64,000 nucleotides of DNA from Mantamonas sphyraenae STR306 (taxonomy: Eukaryota > Protista > CRuMs). The position numbers and the translations under genes were made by a program. Positions 50,464 to 62,900 of this stretch are shown here, one piece after another. Position 1 is the first letter of the stretch; every line of letters begins with the position of its first letter. Under the pieces are notes generated by a model. It saw nothing but the letters and a program-made list of their open reading frames with translations, was not told where the DNA came from and did no database searches. Location of the stretch: the NCBI GenBank assembly GCA_026936335.1, contig JAPMXV010000051.1, positions 186,001-250,000 on the forward strand, read 5' to 3'.

Positions 50464-51609
50464 ATGGACGACGGGGATCCGCGGGACACCGTGGCGGCTG
50501 GGCAGCAGAACCTCCAGGGGAGGGACAATGCTGATGATGACGACGACGATGACGATGATACAGGGAAGGAGCGAGACGTCGGCGCACCCCCACAGGACAA
50601 CGGCGGCGCAGACACAGATGCACACGTGGAGGGGGATGGAGAAAACACAGTCACAGACGAAACAGATACCAACGAGGTGATTGTGGTCGTTGCTGATGAC
50701 CAGCAAGACGATCGTGTGGGCGACGAGGGCGTCGCCGAGGACGCTGGGGAATTGCACAAACAAACAGCCGAGGTGGACCAGGACGCCGTGGAGGAGGACA
50801 CAAATGACGACGGAGAGGAGCAAGAAGAGGTCACAGAGGAAGACGAAGGCCACACGGTGGTCTTGGAAGTGGATGGCGAAGGGCAGGAGCAGCAGGCGGC
50901 AGAAGAGGGCCGCGGCGCAAGCAACACCCCGGCGCAAGTCGGGACGTCGAATGGCCACAGTCAGATGCTTACGCCGCCACAACTGCACGCAGAAGAGAGC
51001 AGCACGGCAGAGAAACGGCGAATGACAGTGGAGGAGGCGCAGGCGGCGGCGATTGAAAACACAAAGAAGGTGCTGGACATGTACGGCCTGTCCTCTGACG
51101 ACCTGGACGGCGAAGGCAGCGAGGAGGGACCCGTGTGCCGCTTCTGCCTGGACGACGAGAGCGACCAGATGCTCATCCAGCCCTGCGACTGCCAGGGGTC
51201 CTCCGCATGGGTGCACAGGGAGTGTTTGCAAGAATGGCTGGAGCACGACAAGGCTGGCGACAGCTGTGAGATCTGCGGAAAGCAGTACGACATGGAAACA
51301 CGCACCCACTTTATTTGGCAGTGGAAACTACCTGCCACAAGTGCAATGTTGCGCCGGCACATGCGCAGGGTGTGCCTTCGCTTCCTGTTTTGGGGCGCCC
51401 TTTTTGCCCTTGCACTTGTCTACCTCACCCTGCCTCTCCTTGCGGGCGGTGTCCATGTGTCCACTTTTGACTTTTGGTACAAGCTCGTGGTCACCCTCAT
51501 CCTCGTAGGTCCGCTGTTGCACAACCTACTGGCCATCGGCGCCTACCTTGTCTTCCAGATACGCAAGTGCCATGGGCACAACAGCTACATCTACGTGCGT
51601 GGCAAATAG
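50464..51609 (+). CDS. MARCH-type RING-CH E3 ubiquitin ligase
   Basis: CRFC...PCDCQGS..WVHRECLQEW....CEIC followed by two TM helices; acidic N-terminus. Confidence 0.92.
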   Translation: MDDGDPRDTVAAGQQNLQGRDNADDDDDDDDDTGKERDVGAPPQDNGGADTDAHVEGDGENTVTDETDTNEVIVVVADDQQDDRVGDEGVAEDAGELHKQTAEVDQDAVEEDTNDDGEEQEEVTEEDEGHTVVLEVDGEGQEQQAAEEGRGASNTPAQVGTSNGHSQMLTPPQLHAEESSTAEKRRMTVEEAQAAAIENTKKVLDMYGLSSDDLDGEGSEEGPVCRFCLDDESDQMLIQPCDCQGSSAWVHRECLQEWLEHDKAGDSCEICGKQYDMETRTHFIWQWKLPATSAMLRRHMRRVCLRFLFWGALFALALVYLTLPLLAGGVHVSTFDFWYKLVVTLILVGPLLHNLLAIGAYLVFQIRKCHGHNSYIYVRGK

Positions 51610-51656
51610 TGACGCCTACACGGTGATTCGAAAAAATGAATGCAGTGGTTCATTCC

Positions 51657-53898
51657 TCACTCCAGCGGAGGAGGCGCGCCAAAGTCGTCGTCGTCCAGCG
51701 GCGGCGGCGCCCCAAACACTTCGTCGTCGTCATCCATCGGAGGGGGCGCCCCAAACACATCCTCATCATCCATAGGCGGAGGGGCGCCAAATTCAGCGTC
51801 ATCCATGGGCGGTGGGGCACCGAATTCGGCATCGTCCATGGGCGGCGGTGCTGCAAACTCGTCCATGGCGGGCGGGGCCGCAAAATCGGTCTCATCGACC
51901 GCACTTTGCGTACTCTGCGTTCCAGACACAGGCACAGGGGGCGGGGGGCCTCCAAAGTCTGCGTCTGTGAGACCGCTGGGAGGAGGCATGGGTGGCGGGC
52001 CTCCGAAATCGGCGTCCGTGAGGCCACTCGGAGGAGATGCAGGCCCTGTGGGCTCTTCAACGCTGTCCACTGTCGCCGTTGTATGTGTGTTGTCTGTGCC
52101 AGCCTCGGTTTGCGTGGCTGGCGGCTGCGCAGGCTCCATCTCTTCGTCCTCGTCAAACTCGTCGTCGGGAGGCGGAGGAGGTGGCTCGTCGTCCGAGTCA
52201 CTGTCTTCGCCATACTCCTCCTCATGGCCCTGCAGCTCCTTGTCGTAATCCCAGTCCAGCTCCGGCTCGCTCTCTGTATCCCACGACGAGTCCGAGTCGC
52301 TGGGCGGCGGGGGAGGCTCCTCTTCATCCTCCTCTTCTTCATCGTCATCCTCTGGCGGTGGCGGTGGTGATTCATCTTGCTCTTCGCCACCCTGCGCAGC
52401 GTTATCGGACTGTGCACGCCCCTCCGACGGCTCTGGTTCCGTGGTTGCCGCCGCCTCTTCCATCGCCTCTACAGGCAACGGAGGCGGCGCACCTGTCGGC
52501 GGCGGCGGCAACTCGTCCTCGCTCTTGCTGGGCTTTGTTCGAGCTTTGTTTCCACCGTCCTTTGTCGTGCTTGTCGATGTCGATGTCGATGTCGATGCAG
52601 ACGCAGACGGGGAGGAGGAAGCGGTGGAGGTTGACGACGAGGAGGAAGACGCCCCACCGCCGTTCTTGGCACTGTTACTATCTGCCACAGGTGCCTTGTC
52701 CTCACCTTTGCCGTCATCCGACGCCACCACAACCACCTTCTTCTTCTTGGTCTTCTTGGTCTTCTTCGTGGGCGCTTCCTGCTTCTGTGTGCTGTCTGCG
52801 TCGTCGTTGGTCCTCGAGGCCTGCTCGTCCAGCAGCCGGAACAACAGGCGATGCTTTGTGTGTGACTTTTGCCACCTGGCCACAATGTCCACAATCTGCG
52901 TGTCCATGGCCAGCAGCTCCTCGCCAGACTTGCTGGCTTCGTAGATCTCATACTTGCGCCCAGACACCTCGCCACCCTGTCACGCCCACATTCCTGTGTG
53001 TCAGCCAGTTTGGCTCATCAACTCTGTGCTGGTTCTTGCGGACCCCGCCATCATCATCCCGCCGTACATACCTTTTGGATGCGAAGCTTCCGGTACGCTG
53101 CCGCACCGATTTCGGCCACACGAGTGCTCATGGCTGTGCACAATGGCAACGAGATGGGCGACACATACAATCGGATGTAGGATATGCATGGGGAGCGTGT
53201 CAGCGTCTGCGCTTCGTCTTCAACACACGACACACGGCCATCTGTCTCGCGCAACGAGCACTCACCGTACGGAAAGGCCTTGGACGACTTGTCCTCAAAG
53301 TGCACCTTGAGGATACCAATCTGTGAGCAGTTTTGGCCGTATGGGCAGAGGTGGGGCGTGTGTGTGACGAGGGGTCAGCCTCCAGAGGCCGGATAGAGGA
53401 TGGAAGACGTCCCGGACAAGCCCTCTGAAGCGACACGCCGGCCCAGGGACAAGTCCGAGCGTCAACTGGGGACAGCAAGAGGCAGATAGGTGGCAGACGT
53501 ACGCGTTCGTTGGCCGCCACGTGGATAGACATGCGGCTGGGAGGACGTGCGCTCTGCCGGAGGTGTGCCCCGCTCAGTGCTTTGGCGTCGAGGATTTTCA
53601 GGTAGTTTGAAGGAAAGACGCCCTTGCGATCGCCTTGCTTCACCGTGAACCAGCCATTTTGCCTCTGTGTGTTTGTGTGTGTGTCGCATGCATTTGTGCA
53701 TATGGTTTCCATGTACGTCAGTGCCGTTCCACGGGTGTCGAGGGAGAGAGTAGGACGGCGGCTGCTTACCTTCTTGATGATTTTCACCTCGTCGCCTTTG
53801 CGCAGTGCGATCGCATTCTTGATCTTGGACCCTGGTTCAGGCTCAAAGTCAAAAAGCACAATGGCTGCCTCGTTGACTCGCTCGGAGCTGCTCGTCAT
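51657..53898 (-). CDS. SH3 + RA/ubiquitin-like domain adaptor with acidic/proline-rich tail, multi-exon
   Basis: SH3: VLFDFEP..IALRKGDEV..GWF..GVFPSNYL; ILKVHFEDKSSKAF..YEIYE..IVDIVARW..RLLFR; PPPP-rich tail. Confidence 0.75.
51660..52035 (-). repeat. Coding tandem repeats (D/E)FG(A/G)PPP(M/L)DD at the C-terminus of the SH3 protein
   Basis: About 9 copies of a 24-33 nt unit, ending DDDFGAPPPLE*. Confidence 0.85.
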
Positions 53899-53961
53899 GC
53901 GGGACAGGGAGAGGGTGTTGTCGTCTGTGTGTTTGCTGTGCCTGCGCCACCGCAGGCAAGA

Positions 53962-54407
53962 ATGGACAAGCACAACGTGTGGACCTGGCTCACGGGAGCC
54001 GACAGCGACGAGGTGACACGATGGGGCATGCTTGCTGGCGTGGCTGTGTACGCCGGCGGCGCCCTGTGGTTGCGCAAGGAGAATGTGAAATACGGGTGCG
54101 TGGTTCCTCGTCGGACTTGTGCCTGAAGCACACACATGAACACTCACCCCCCCCTCTCACGCACGGCACCTTCTGTATCATCATGTCGTCCCATTACCAT
54201 AGTCTCTTTTTGTATGATACTTCTGACCCGCGGCTGTATGTAAAGAAGAAGGCGTCGTGGGCTGGCTGGCAACTAAACTGGGCGCATCCGCACGCAAAGA
54301 TGCTGTCGCTGATTTATTTTGTCATCATGATCCTGCACGTGTTGAATCGCTATCCATCTGCAGCGACGTGGCTGCTGGCACGTGTGCGCGAAGCTCTGCG
54401 CCTGTGA
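53962..54407 (+). CDS. Small DUF5808-like membrane protein (2 exons)
   Basis: LFLYDTSDPRLYVKKK..AGWQLNWAHP flanked by hydrophobic segments. Confidence 0.6.
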
Positions 54408-54962
54408 CGAGCCTGGGTTCCTGGTTGTTTGCGCAGTTGATTGAGCCGTTGCCAGGTCTGATGGCGCTCGGCTGCCATGCGTTGGTACACAAACGCCTTG
54501 CGCTGGGACTCTGTCCAGCGTCCCACCTCGCTGCGATCAGGCACGGGCGGCGGCTGCGGCGGAGGAAACCGCGAGTCGTATACAACCACGAGGCAAAGAC
54601 GACGGTGTCGACGGGTACGCATGCACTGCTGTGTGTCCTCGCTCTCTTTGGGTTCGTCTGCAAAGGTCACACGGGCGCGCTTGACGTTGTCAGGATTGGG
54701 ATGATCCTCCCACTCATTTCGAGCAAACGGGCGCTTGCGTCCTGCCAGGCGGGCGGACGGCCCTGCTTCGTCCGCCGGCAACGAGAGATGGTGCGATGAC
54801 GAGGATTTGCTGGACGGCTCGTTGTTGGATGTCGGGACCGGTGTGGGCGGAGATGCAGCAGCTGGTGCGGCAAAGCCGACTCCCCAGCTTCCTTGCACGT
54901 GGAAGTGGATGCTCATCCTGGAGAAGAACAGTTGGTGCTGTGGGCGTGCAAGTGTGTCCATG
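54350..54962 (-). CDS. Possible hypothetical protein with RVxF PP1-docking motif
   Basis: Open frame containing RKRP and KRARVTFAD; no family recognised; 3' end overlaps the convergent gene. Confidence 0.35.
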
Positions 54963-55038
54963 TATGTGTATGTGTGTTGGAGGAGTGTTGTTACATCGAT
55001 GAAAAGAGTCACCCTTGCCCATCCAACGCAAACGAGAG

Positions 55039-55869
55039 ATGGCTGAAGCGACGTTTGAGAACAGCTTGGCGCAGCTGCAAAAGGCAACCAACGAGAACGG
55101 GGTCTCTCTGTACGACCATCTCAGCGAGGTGCTGATGCAGGTTTTGGAGAACCCGCAGGCAGACCTTGTGGACTCGTTTGAGCTGCTGAGTGCAGAGGTG
55201 AAGCAGACCAGCACGCGCGTGGCATCGGGCGGCGAGGCCAAGGTGGCCAAGGGCAAAGAGAGCGCCCAGGACCTGGACGTGCTGCGCAAGATCCTGTCCA
55301 TTCTGCAGGTAAGTGCACATGACATGTGTGCGAGTGTCCTTGTGCATGTGCAGCGTGTGCGTGCGCGTGTATGGGCGGTGTTGCGGTGGGGAAACGGCGG
55401 CGCGAAAAGAGACGTTGGCATCCGTTGGTTCTGACGCCAGGCCACACACAGTCGCAGCAGAAGAAGCGCGCAGGCGCAGACGCAGACTCAGAGTACGAAG
55501 AGGAGATGGAAGAGGACGAAGAGCTGAACGACGGCACCATGGACAATGTGGTGGCCCAGCAGAACGCGCTCAACGAGGGCGGCTTTGGTCTGCCGTCTGA
55601 GGAGGCCTTCCGCGTCTCGCTTGCCATCAAGCGCCTCGTGCAGCGCAACCCCATCGTGCATGCCCGCTTCTTTGGCAAGATCTTTGGCACCGAGGCAGAC
55701 TACTACGTGGTGGAGGCCGTGATGAGTGCCCACGACGACGTCGACGAGGAAGGTAAGCTTTTCAGCTCGATGGAGGGTCAACGGCAACGCGACCCAAAAC
55801 GCCACCCGAGCTCTCCTGTGTGTGGCCCACTGCCTGTACATTGCAGTCACACGCATGCGCTCGTCACAC

Positions 55870-55908
<39 letters not shown>

Positions 55909-56866
55909 GTCTCACTCACACGCAAACACACAAAAACCCCGCGCAGAGGAGGAAGACGAATTGGCCCTGCCGTCCGAAGAGGCTGGCTTCGGCGCCAACA
56001 AGTTCACCTACTACGTGAGCACAAACCTGGGCGAAGGGTTCACCAAGCTGGGCAACGTTAAACCGGCACACATTGTGGCCGCACGCAACATCACAAAGCT
56101 GTTCACGGGCAACCTGGACGCACCCGTGCGCACGTACCCGGCCTTCCCGGGCAACGAGGCCGTCTACCTGCGCGCACAGCTGGCTCGCATTGCCGCCAGC
56201 ACAGGGGTCAGCCCTGCTGGAGCCTACGAGGGAGCAGGCGACGAGAACATGTCCATGACGTCCAGCACGGTGCTCAGTCAGGTCGAGGTCAACCTCGAGT
56301 ACGAGGCCCAGTCCCAGGAGCAGCTCGAGGATCTGGCCAACTGGCAACACCACGTCTCGTACATCCTGCCACAGGGCCGCACCACGTGGGTGGAGCCCCC
56401 GCAGCCGGAGAAGCCCGAGGAGGATCTGGAGGACGAGGAGTCGCAGGCTTCCGCCAGCGAGATTGGCCCCGAGCCCGAAGAGGGCCCTGTGCTCCTCAGT
56501 GCACTCGCTGATGACGCCCAGCTGGAAGAGGACATGCCTGCCTGGAGTGTGCGCGTCTCGTCATCTGTCGGGTTCACCGACAACAACACCGTGTATGTCA
56601 AGAGCAACCTGTGGCCCGGCGCAGTCGCCTTTTCCGCAGGCCAGCGCTTCGGCGGCGTGTACATCGGCACAGGTGTCAAGTACACGGGCAAGCAGTATGC
56701 TCCGCCCATGCCTGCGCCCATGCAGGTCGAACTCGACGAGCTCGTCGAGGAGGACGATCCCACAGTCGAACAGGAAGCCGAACTCCAGAAGCAGCTCGAA
56801 GAGGACGAGGCCCCCAGCGAGAGCGAGAGTGACGAGGAGGAGAGCGAATACGAGGACGAGGAGTAA
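55039..56866 (+). CDS. Radial spoke head protein RSPH4/6 family (3 exons)
   Basis: SLYDHLSEVL, RFFGKIFGTEADYYVVE, GANKFTYYV, ITKLFTGNLDAPV..YPAFPGNEAVYLRAQLARI, SNLWPGA. Confidence 0.95.
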
Positions 56867-56969
56867 AACACGCCAATCTCAAACAACACCCATGCCATGC
56901 CCTCGTGTGTGCCAGCACGTCCATGAGCCAATTCAAGCAACGAAACAACTTCTTCGAAACGCCTCCAGG

Positions 56970-59900
56970 ATGTTTCCAAGGCATCCATTGCTCCTCGCGT
57001 GGCTTCTGCTCTCCGCGGCAATGCTGGTGTGCGCCTTGGTCATCGAAAATGACGTGCAGACAATACAAACAGTCTTGGGTGGGGGGAGCAGCTCGTGCCA
57101 GCCCGGCACCTTTTCGGATGGCGGCGGCGCGTGCACAGAGTGCACGCCGGGGACGTTTTCAAACGTTACCGACCAGACACAGTGCCATGCCTGTCCCCCA
57201 GAAACCTATGCTGTGGGTCGGGGTAACACTCAGTGTACCTCCTGTCCTCGTGGAAGCACTTTCCTCGATGCTGCAACGGGCTGTGCAGGTTTTGGTTTTG
57301 ATCTGGACTGGGGGGGAGCAGAAGTTCCTGCCGGCGTCCATATCAACCCAAATAGCGAGTTTGTCGTCACCATTCAAAGCACATACAATAGCACGGCAGC
57401 TTTGGGATACAATGCGGCTTTCGGCGTCACCGTCAATCCCACAGGCACACAGATAGGCGAGTTCCAAGTCAAGCTCGGCTCCGCGACCTTTACTCCGCGG
57501 ACCTCCGCCATGGCCTCTGACGGTTCCGTCATCATTGGAGGATTCTATTCTTCGGCAACCATCCCTCTGGGAGGGCAAACCTCACAGAGTCTGGACGCCG
57601 CTCTCGTCCGCATGTCGCCCACCGGAAATTTTGTGTGGGGCCGCCTCTACGTGGATTCGGGAGGTGTCTCGGGCCTGCAGGCAATGACCTTCGATGCGGT
57701 AAATGGCTTCATCTATGCCACCATCCCTTTTACAGGCTCATTCATGGGCAGGTTACCAGCGGGCACCTATGCCTCCGCCGTCACCAAGATCCGCTACTCC
57801 GACGGTGCCCTCGTGGCCCACGAGTACATCAACGCGACGCAATCAGCACGCTCAAACGCCATCGCCTTGTCTTTGGACAGGCTGCACGTGGCAGTGGTGA
57901 GCCAGATGGATGCAACCGGCAATATGCTCAATCCGTTTCCCACAACCGCCCTAGGTGAACTCGACGTATCGCTGGTCCTCTTCCGAGCGGATACACTGAC
58001 CCCCGTGTGGGCCAGACAAGTGGGCACCGAGAAAACGGACGTGCCCGCAGATGTGATCTTTCACAAGCGCGTGATCATCGTGTCGCTCACCACGGAGGGC
58101 GTGTTTCCGGGGCATACCGACCCCGGATCACAGTCTTTTGTGCTGGCAGCCTACTCAATGACAGGAGACAACCTGTGGAATACCCAGCGCTCCTCGACAG
58201 GAAGTGACATTGCCGGCAGACTGAACAACCAATTCTTCAACGAGCTGACCATGTCTGCACGCATCACAGGCAACATGGATGGAGTCACACCGGCTGGCAC
58301 AGGCACCACTGTCGCCTTGGTTTCCTACACAGGTGAGGGACGCTGGGTGCGCACCAACACCTTCAACTATGGCCCACTCGACGACGAAACCCAGCCAATC
58401 ATGGTCTCCCTCGACGAAACCAAACAGCAAGGCCTGGCGCTTTTGATGCGCACAAACGACAGCACGCCCATGTTCGGGTCAAGTAGCAATGGCAGCGGCG
58501 CCGTAGGTTTGCTCGCGATGCCAGCGTGTCCTCCGGGCATGCAAGCGACAGCCTCGGGCGGGTGCGAACAGTGTCCACGCAACCAATTGCAATACGGGGG
58601 CACTGTCACCGCAGGAAGCCGATGCACTCCATGTGGCACGGACACACCCGTGGTCACACCCGTGGACTGCATGGGGCGCTACGTACAATGGGGCAGCACA
58701 GCTCTGGAGACCGTGTCAGACAGTGTCTTCAATGCTGCTCTCAACCAAACCTTTGTCGTGGGATCCACAGGTGCATCCATGTTTGGCTTCACACACCGGG
58801 GCGAAAACGACTTTCTCATCGCCGCCTTTGACATGCAAGGGACCGTGCAGTGGGCTTGGCAGGGCGGATCCAATGCCGACGACCAAATCAAGTCGGTGCA
58901 GGCTGGTACAGACGGCTCTGTGTACGTCGCAGGCCGCGCTGGCAATTCGGTGCCACCGCTCACTCTCCTCGGTGGCACAGACGCGTGGGCAGCCAAGTTC
59001 CACGCAAACGGCACCATGCTCTGGCAAAACGTCTACGGTTCCAATCAGAACGACAACTTTCGCACCAGTTGCCTCAGCAGCGACAACATGAAACTGTTTG
59101 CAGCCGGCTTCACCCAGGGTACAGTGCCAGGAAGTGGCGTGACCCATGCCGGCTCCAACGACGTCATGCTGTTTGTTCTGGACACCTCAACGGGCGCCAC
59201 ACTCGACGTGATGGTCCTTGCCGGCACAGGCAACGATCAGGTGTTTGACCTGGCTTGCAATGCAAGCGGCACGGTCGTCATGGTCGGGGTGACTGGATCT
59301 CCGTCGTTGGCAGGTGTCACCAACGTACGCGGCGCGGCAAAAGACACGTTTCTGTATCTGACCCACCAAACAGTTTGGCCAATGGCACACTGTTCTTCTG
59401 GGACACGACAGTCGGCAAGGTCCCGCGCGCGGTCTCTCTGCACAAGGGCTCCGTTCTCGTGTCTGGTAAAGTGGAATCCGGCACCCTAAGCGGCACCGTA
59501 GGCAAGGGCGGCAGTGACATCTTTGTGTCGCTGTTTGACGACACCACAGTGCGATGGAACACGCAGTTTGGCAGCTCTGGCAATGATGACGGCGGACGCT
59601 TTGTCATCACCCCGGACGACTATCTGTACCTTGCCTCCAGCGTGGGAGGCGTTGTGGACACAAACCAGCCCTTCAATGGTGGCACAGATGACTTTGCCGT
59701 GTATGGCTTCCGGATCACCCCGACTGGTCTGGACCCATACTTTGTGATGCCGCGAGGCACCACAGGCACCGATCGCGCGTATGCTGTCTCCATCGACACA
59801 CACAACCACGAGAATATCCTTCTGTCCGGCGTCACGTCGGGTGCTCTGCCGGGCAACTCCCTCGTCGGAAGCGAAGACATGTTCGTGGTCGCCCTTGCAC

Positions 59901-62900
59901 CATGCGGCCCAGGAAAGCGTTTCGGTCGCTTGGGTTGTGTTGAATGCGCCCCAGGCACGTACGCCAACGCCAGCCTGTCCATGGAGTGCACCGTGTGCCC
60001 GGGACGGCTGGAGTAGCCACAGCGGCGCCTCCAACTGCACCCTTGTGTGTCCTGCCGGGACGTACAGCAACACAGACACCGTGGGTGTGTGTACCCGATG
60101 TCCAAGCCCTCTCGTCGCACCCGTGGCTGGCATGGGCGCATGTCAGCCCTGCAGCAACTCTCAGTGTATGTCGATGATCCAGCACGTTGCCGCGGTTGGA
60201 CTATGCGACTCGATGGGGCAGACATGAGTGAGAGTTCGTTCGACATCATCATGGGAGGCAACGGCACCGCTCTGATTGCCGGTTCGATCCTGCTTGCGGG
60301 CAGCGACAGGTCCGGTGTGGTGTGGCAGCTCGACGTAGACACGGGCATCACCACGCGCAAGATGCTCATCAACAATGCGACGACAACCGAAAAGTACGCT
60401 CGCTGTGCTGACTGACGCCCATGACAACATCTACGTCCTGTCCGGAACCAACGGTCCGGTGGGCGGCAACAACTTGGGCGGCTTTGACAACGTGTTCAGC
60501 AAGTACAACGCCACGGGCGACCAGCAGTACATTTTTCAATTGGGAGGTAGCGGACTGGATTTCGCAAGCTACATGGCCTTTGGTCCTGGCAACACAAGCA
60601 TCTATTTGAGCGGCTATGCGACCAGTGATCTGCTGGGACACACCAACCAGGGCGGAAACGACGCCTTTGTGCTGTCGTTCAACGCAAGCAACGGCGTCTT
60701 GCTACACTCATTCTTCGTTGGCGGTGGAAACAGTGATCAACTGTCCAATGTGGCATACGACGCGGAAAGATCCCAGGTGTTTGCAGTCGGAACCTCCGAC
60801 ACCAAGGGTCTGTATGCCACCAATTGGGACAAAGTTTTCGGGTACGTTGTGCGACTGCATGCGGAAAATCTAACGATGACCTTTGACGGTGTGAAAACAT
60901 ACCCTTCGTCTGGTGGCAAGGCTTCCGCTGCGCGCAGAGGTCATGGTTGCCCATGGCAACAGCCTGTTCATCGGCGGGTACTACTCGGGTACTGTGAACG
61001 GCGCGGTTTCGTCGGATGGCAGCCTTGATGCGTATGTCATGGCTGTAGACAAGGACACTCTGGACATCAAGTGGTTTTCACGCACGGGCGCGTTTGGCTT
61101 GGATCTTGTGCGCCAGCTGGCTGTGATGCCAAGCGGGTTCATCGTCGCTGGTGGACGCATCGGTGCGCCCATGAATGGCCATGATTTCAAAGGAGGCAGC
61201 ACAGACGTCCTGCTATGGGCGTTGGACGCAAACACTGGCCAGACGCTGGGAATACGCACTTTTGGCACGTCGGACATCGACGAATCGCGAAACCTACTGC
61301 CTCTGGGACAGTACGACCTGCTCAGCGTGTCCGCAATGACTGGCCCTTTTCTGGACAAGCCGGGCGGCACGACCCAATTGATTGCCAAACGCATGCCGCT
61401 GTGTCCAGGTGGACGCTACTTCCGCAACGCTTCGTGCGTCGCGTGCCCCATCGCGACTTTTAGCCAGGGCTTCAATGCCTTTGAGTGCACCCCTTGCCCT
61501 CCAGGGACGTACATGGACAGGCTGGGCGCGGCTGCGTGCACGCCATGTCCATCTGGCACCTCATCACCCAAGGGAGCCTCCTCGTGCAGCGCATGTCCAG
61601 CCAACACTACAGCGCCTGTACCCGGAGATGTGTGCTACACCTGTCCTCCCGGCTCTCTGTACATTTCGCCCACCGACGGATGCTCGGGTTGGGTGCGGCA
61701 ACTGCAAACGTCTGGGTTGGGAACGATTTGGAACAGCGCGACCGGACCAAACGGCAACTTGTACCTGAGTGGAGAGATGGTCGGGAACACCACTGGATTT
61801 GCTCCAACCAGCCACTCGCAGAAGCGAGGCTTTGTGTTGCGACAGGACAGGCGGCAAGGCACGTTTGTGTGGGGCGAACGGTTGGACAACAGTTCGGTGG
61901 CCACGAACGAGGCCGAGGTGATTTCCAAAGTACGCGAGCACAATGGCTATCTGTATGCAATCGGAATGGCGCACGATTCCATCAACGGCGCACCTTCCAT
62001 CGGCGGTTTCGACATCGTCGTGCACAAGATGCGCGTCGACGGCTCCATCGTGTGGACGCGCATGTACGGAGATGCAAGCAAGGACGACCGCGGAGTCGAC
62101 GTCGCCTTCCAATCGGACGGCACAATGGTGCTGCTCGTGCGAACCAAGGGAATCCTGCAGACTGGACACACACGAGACGGAGGCGGGTGGGAAATGGCGC
62201 TGATGAAGGTCAACGAAGAGACGGGCGCAACCACCTTTGTCAAACAGTTTCACGGCTCAGAGACAGTAGCCATAGCCATGCACGTGCTTTCCACGGACAA
62301 CATCATCGTGGCGTGTCACAGCAACCACATGATTGCGGGAAGCATCGAACCGCTGGACTACGACATCTTTATTCTCAATCTGCACGCCTCCACCTTCAGC
62401 CAGGTGTGGCATGGGTTGATCAGAGACAATGGTGTAGAGCTGGCGTACGACTTGGCCGTGGATGAGCCACGTGGGCGGGTGTTTGTGGGCGGTTCTACCA
62501 CGTCCGCACCCTTCAATGGTTATCCGAATGTCGGTGGACGGGATCTGATGTTGGCTGGCCTACACCTTGCCAATGGCACCTCCTTCTTCAAGGTTGCCAC
62601 CGGGACAACGTACGACGACATCATTACGCAGGTTGCCGTTGTGCAGTCGTCGGGTGTGGTTCTGGCCGCGCTCGAAGTCGCCCAAGGGTTCCGGCCGGTC
62701 CCGCCAATGATGGGCGGCGCTGCAGGCACCAACGACTTCTTTGTGGCGCTGGTGACTCCAACGACCGGCAGTGCGTTTAAGTTTGTCGGGTACGGCACAA
62801 CGTCAAACGATCTTCCTTCGGCTTTGTCTGTTTCGTCCGCAAACGAGGTGTTCCTCTCGGGATACAGCTTGTCATCCATGCCCAACGGCGGAGGAGCATC

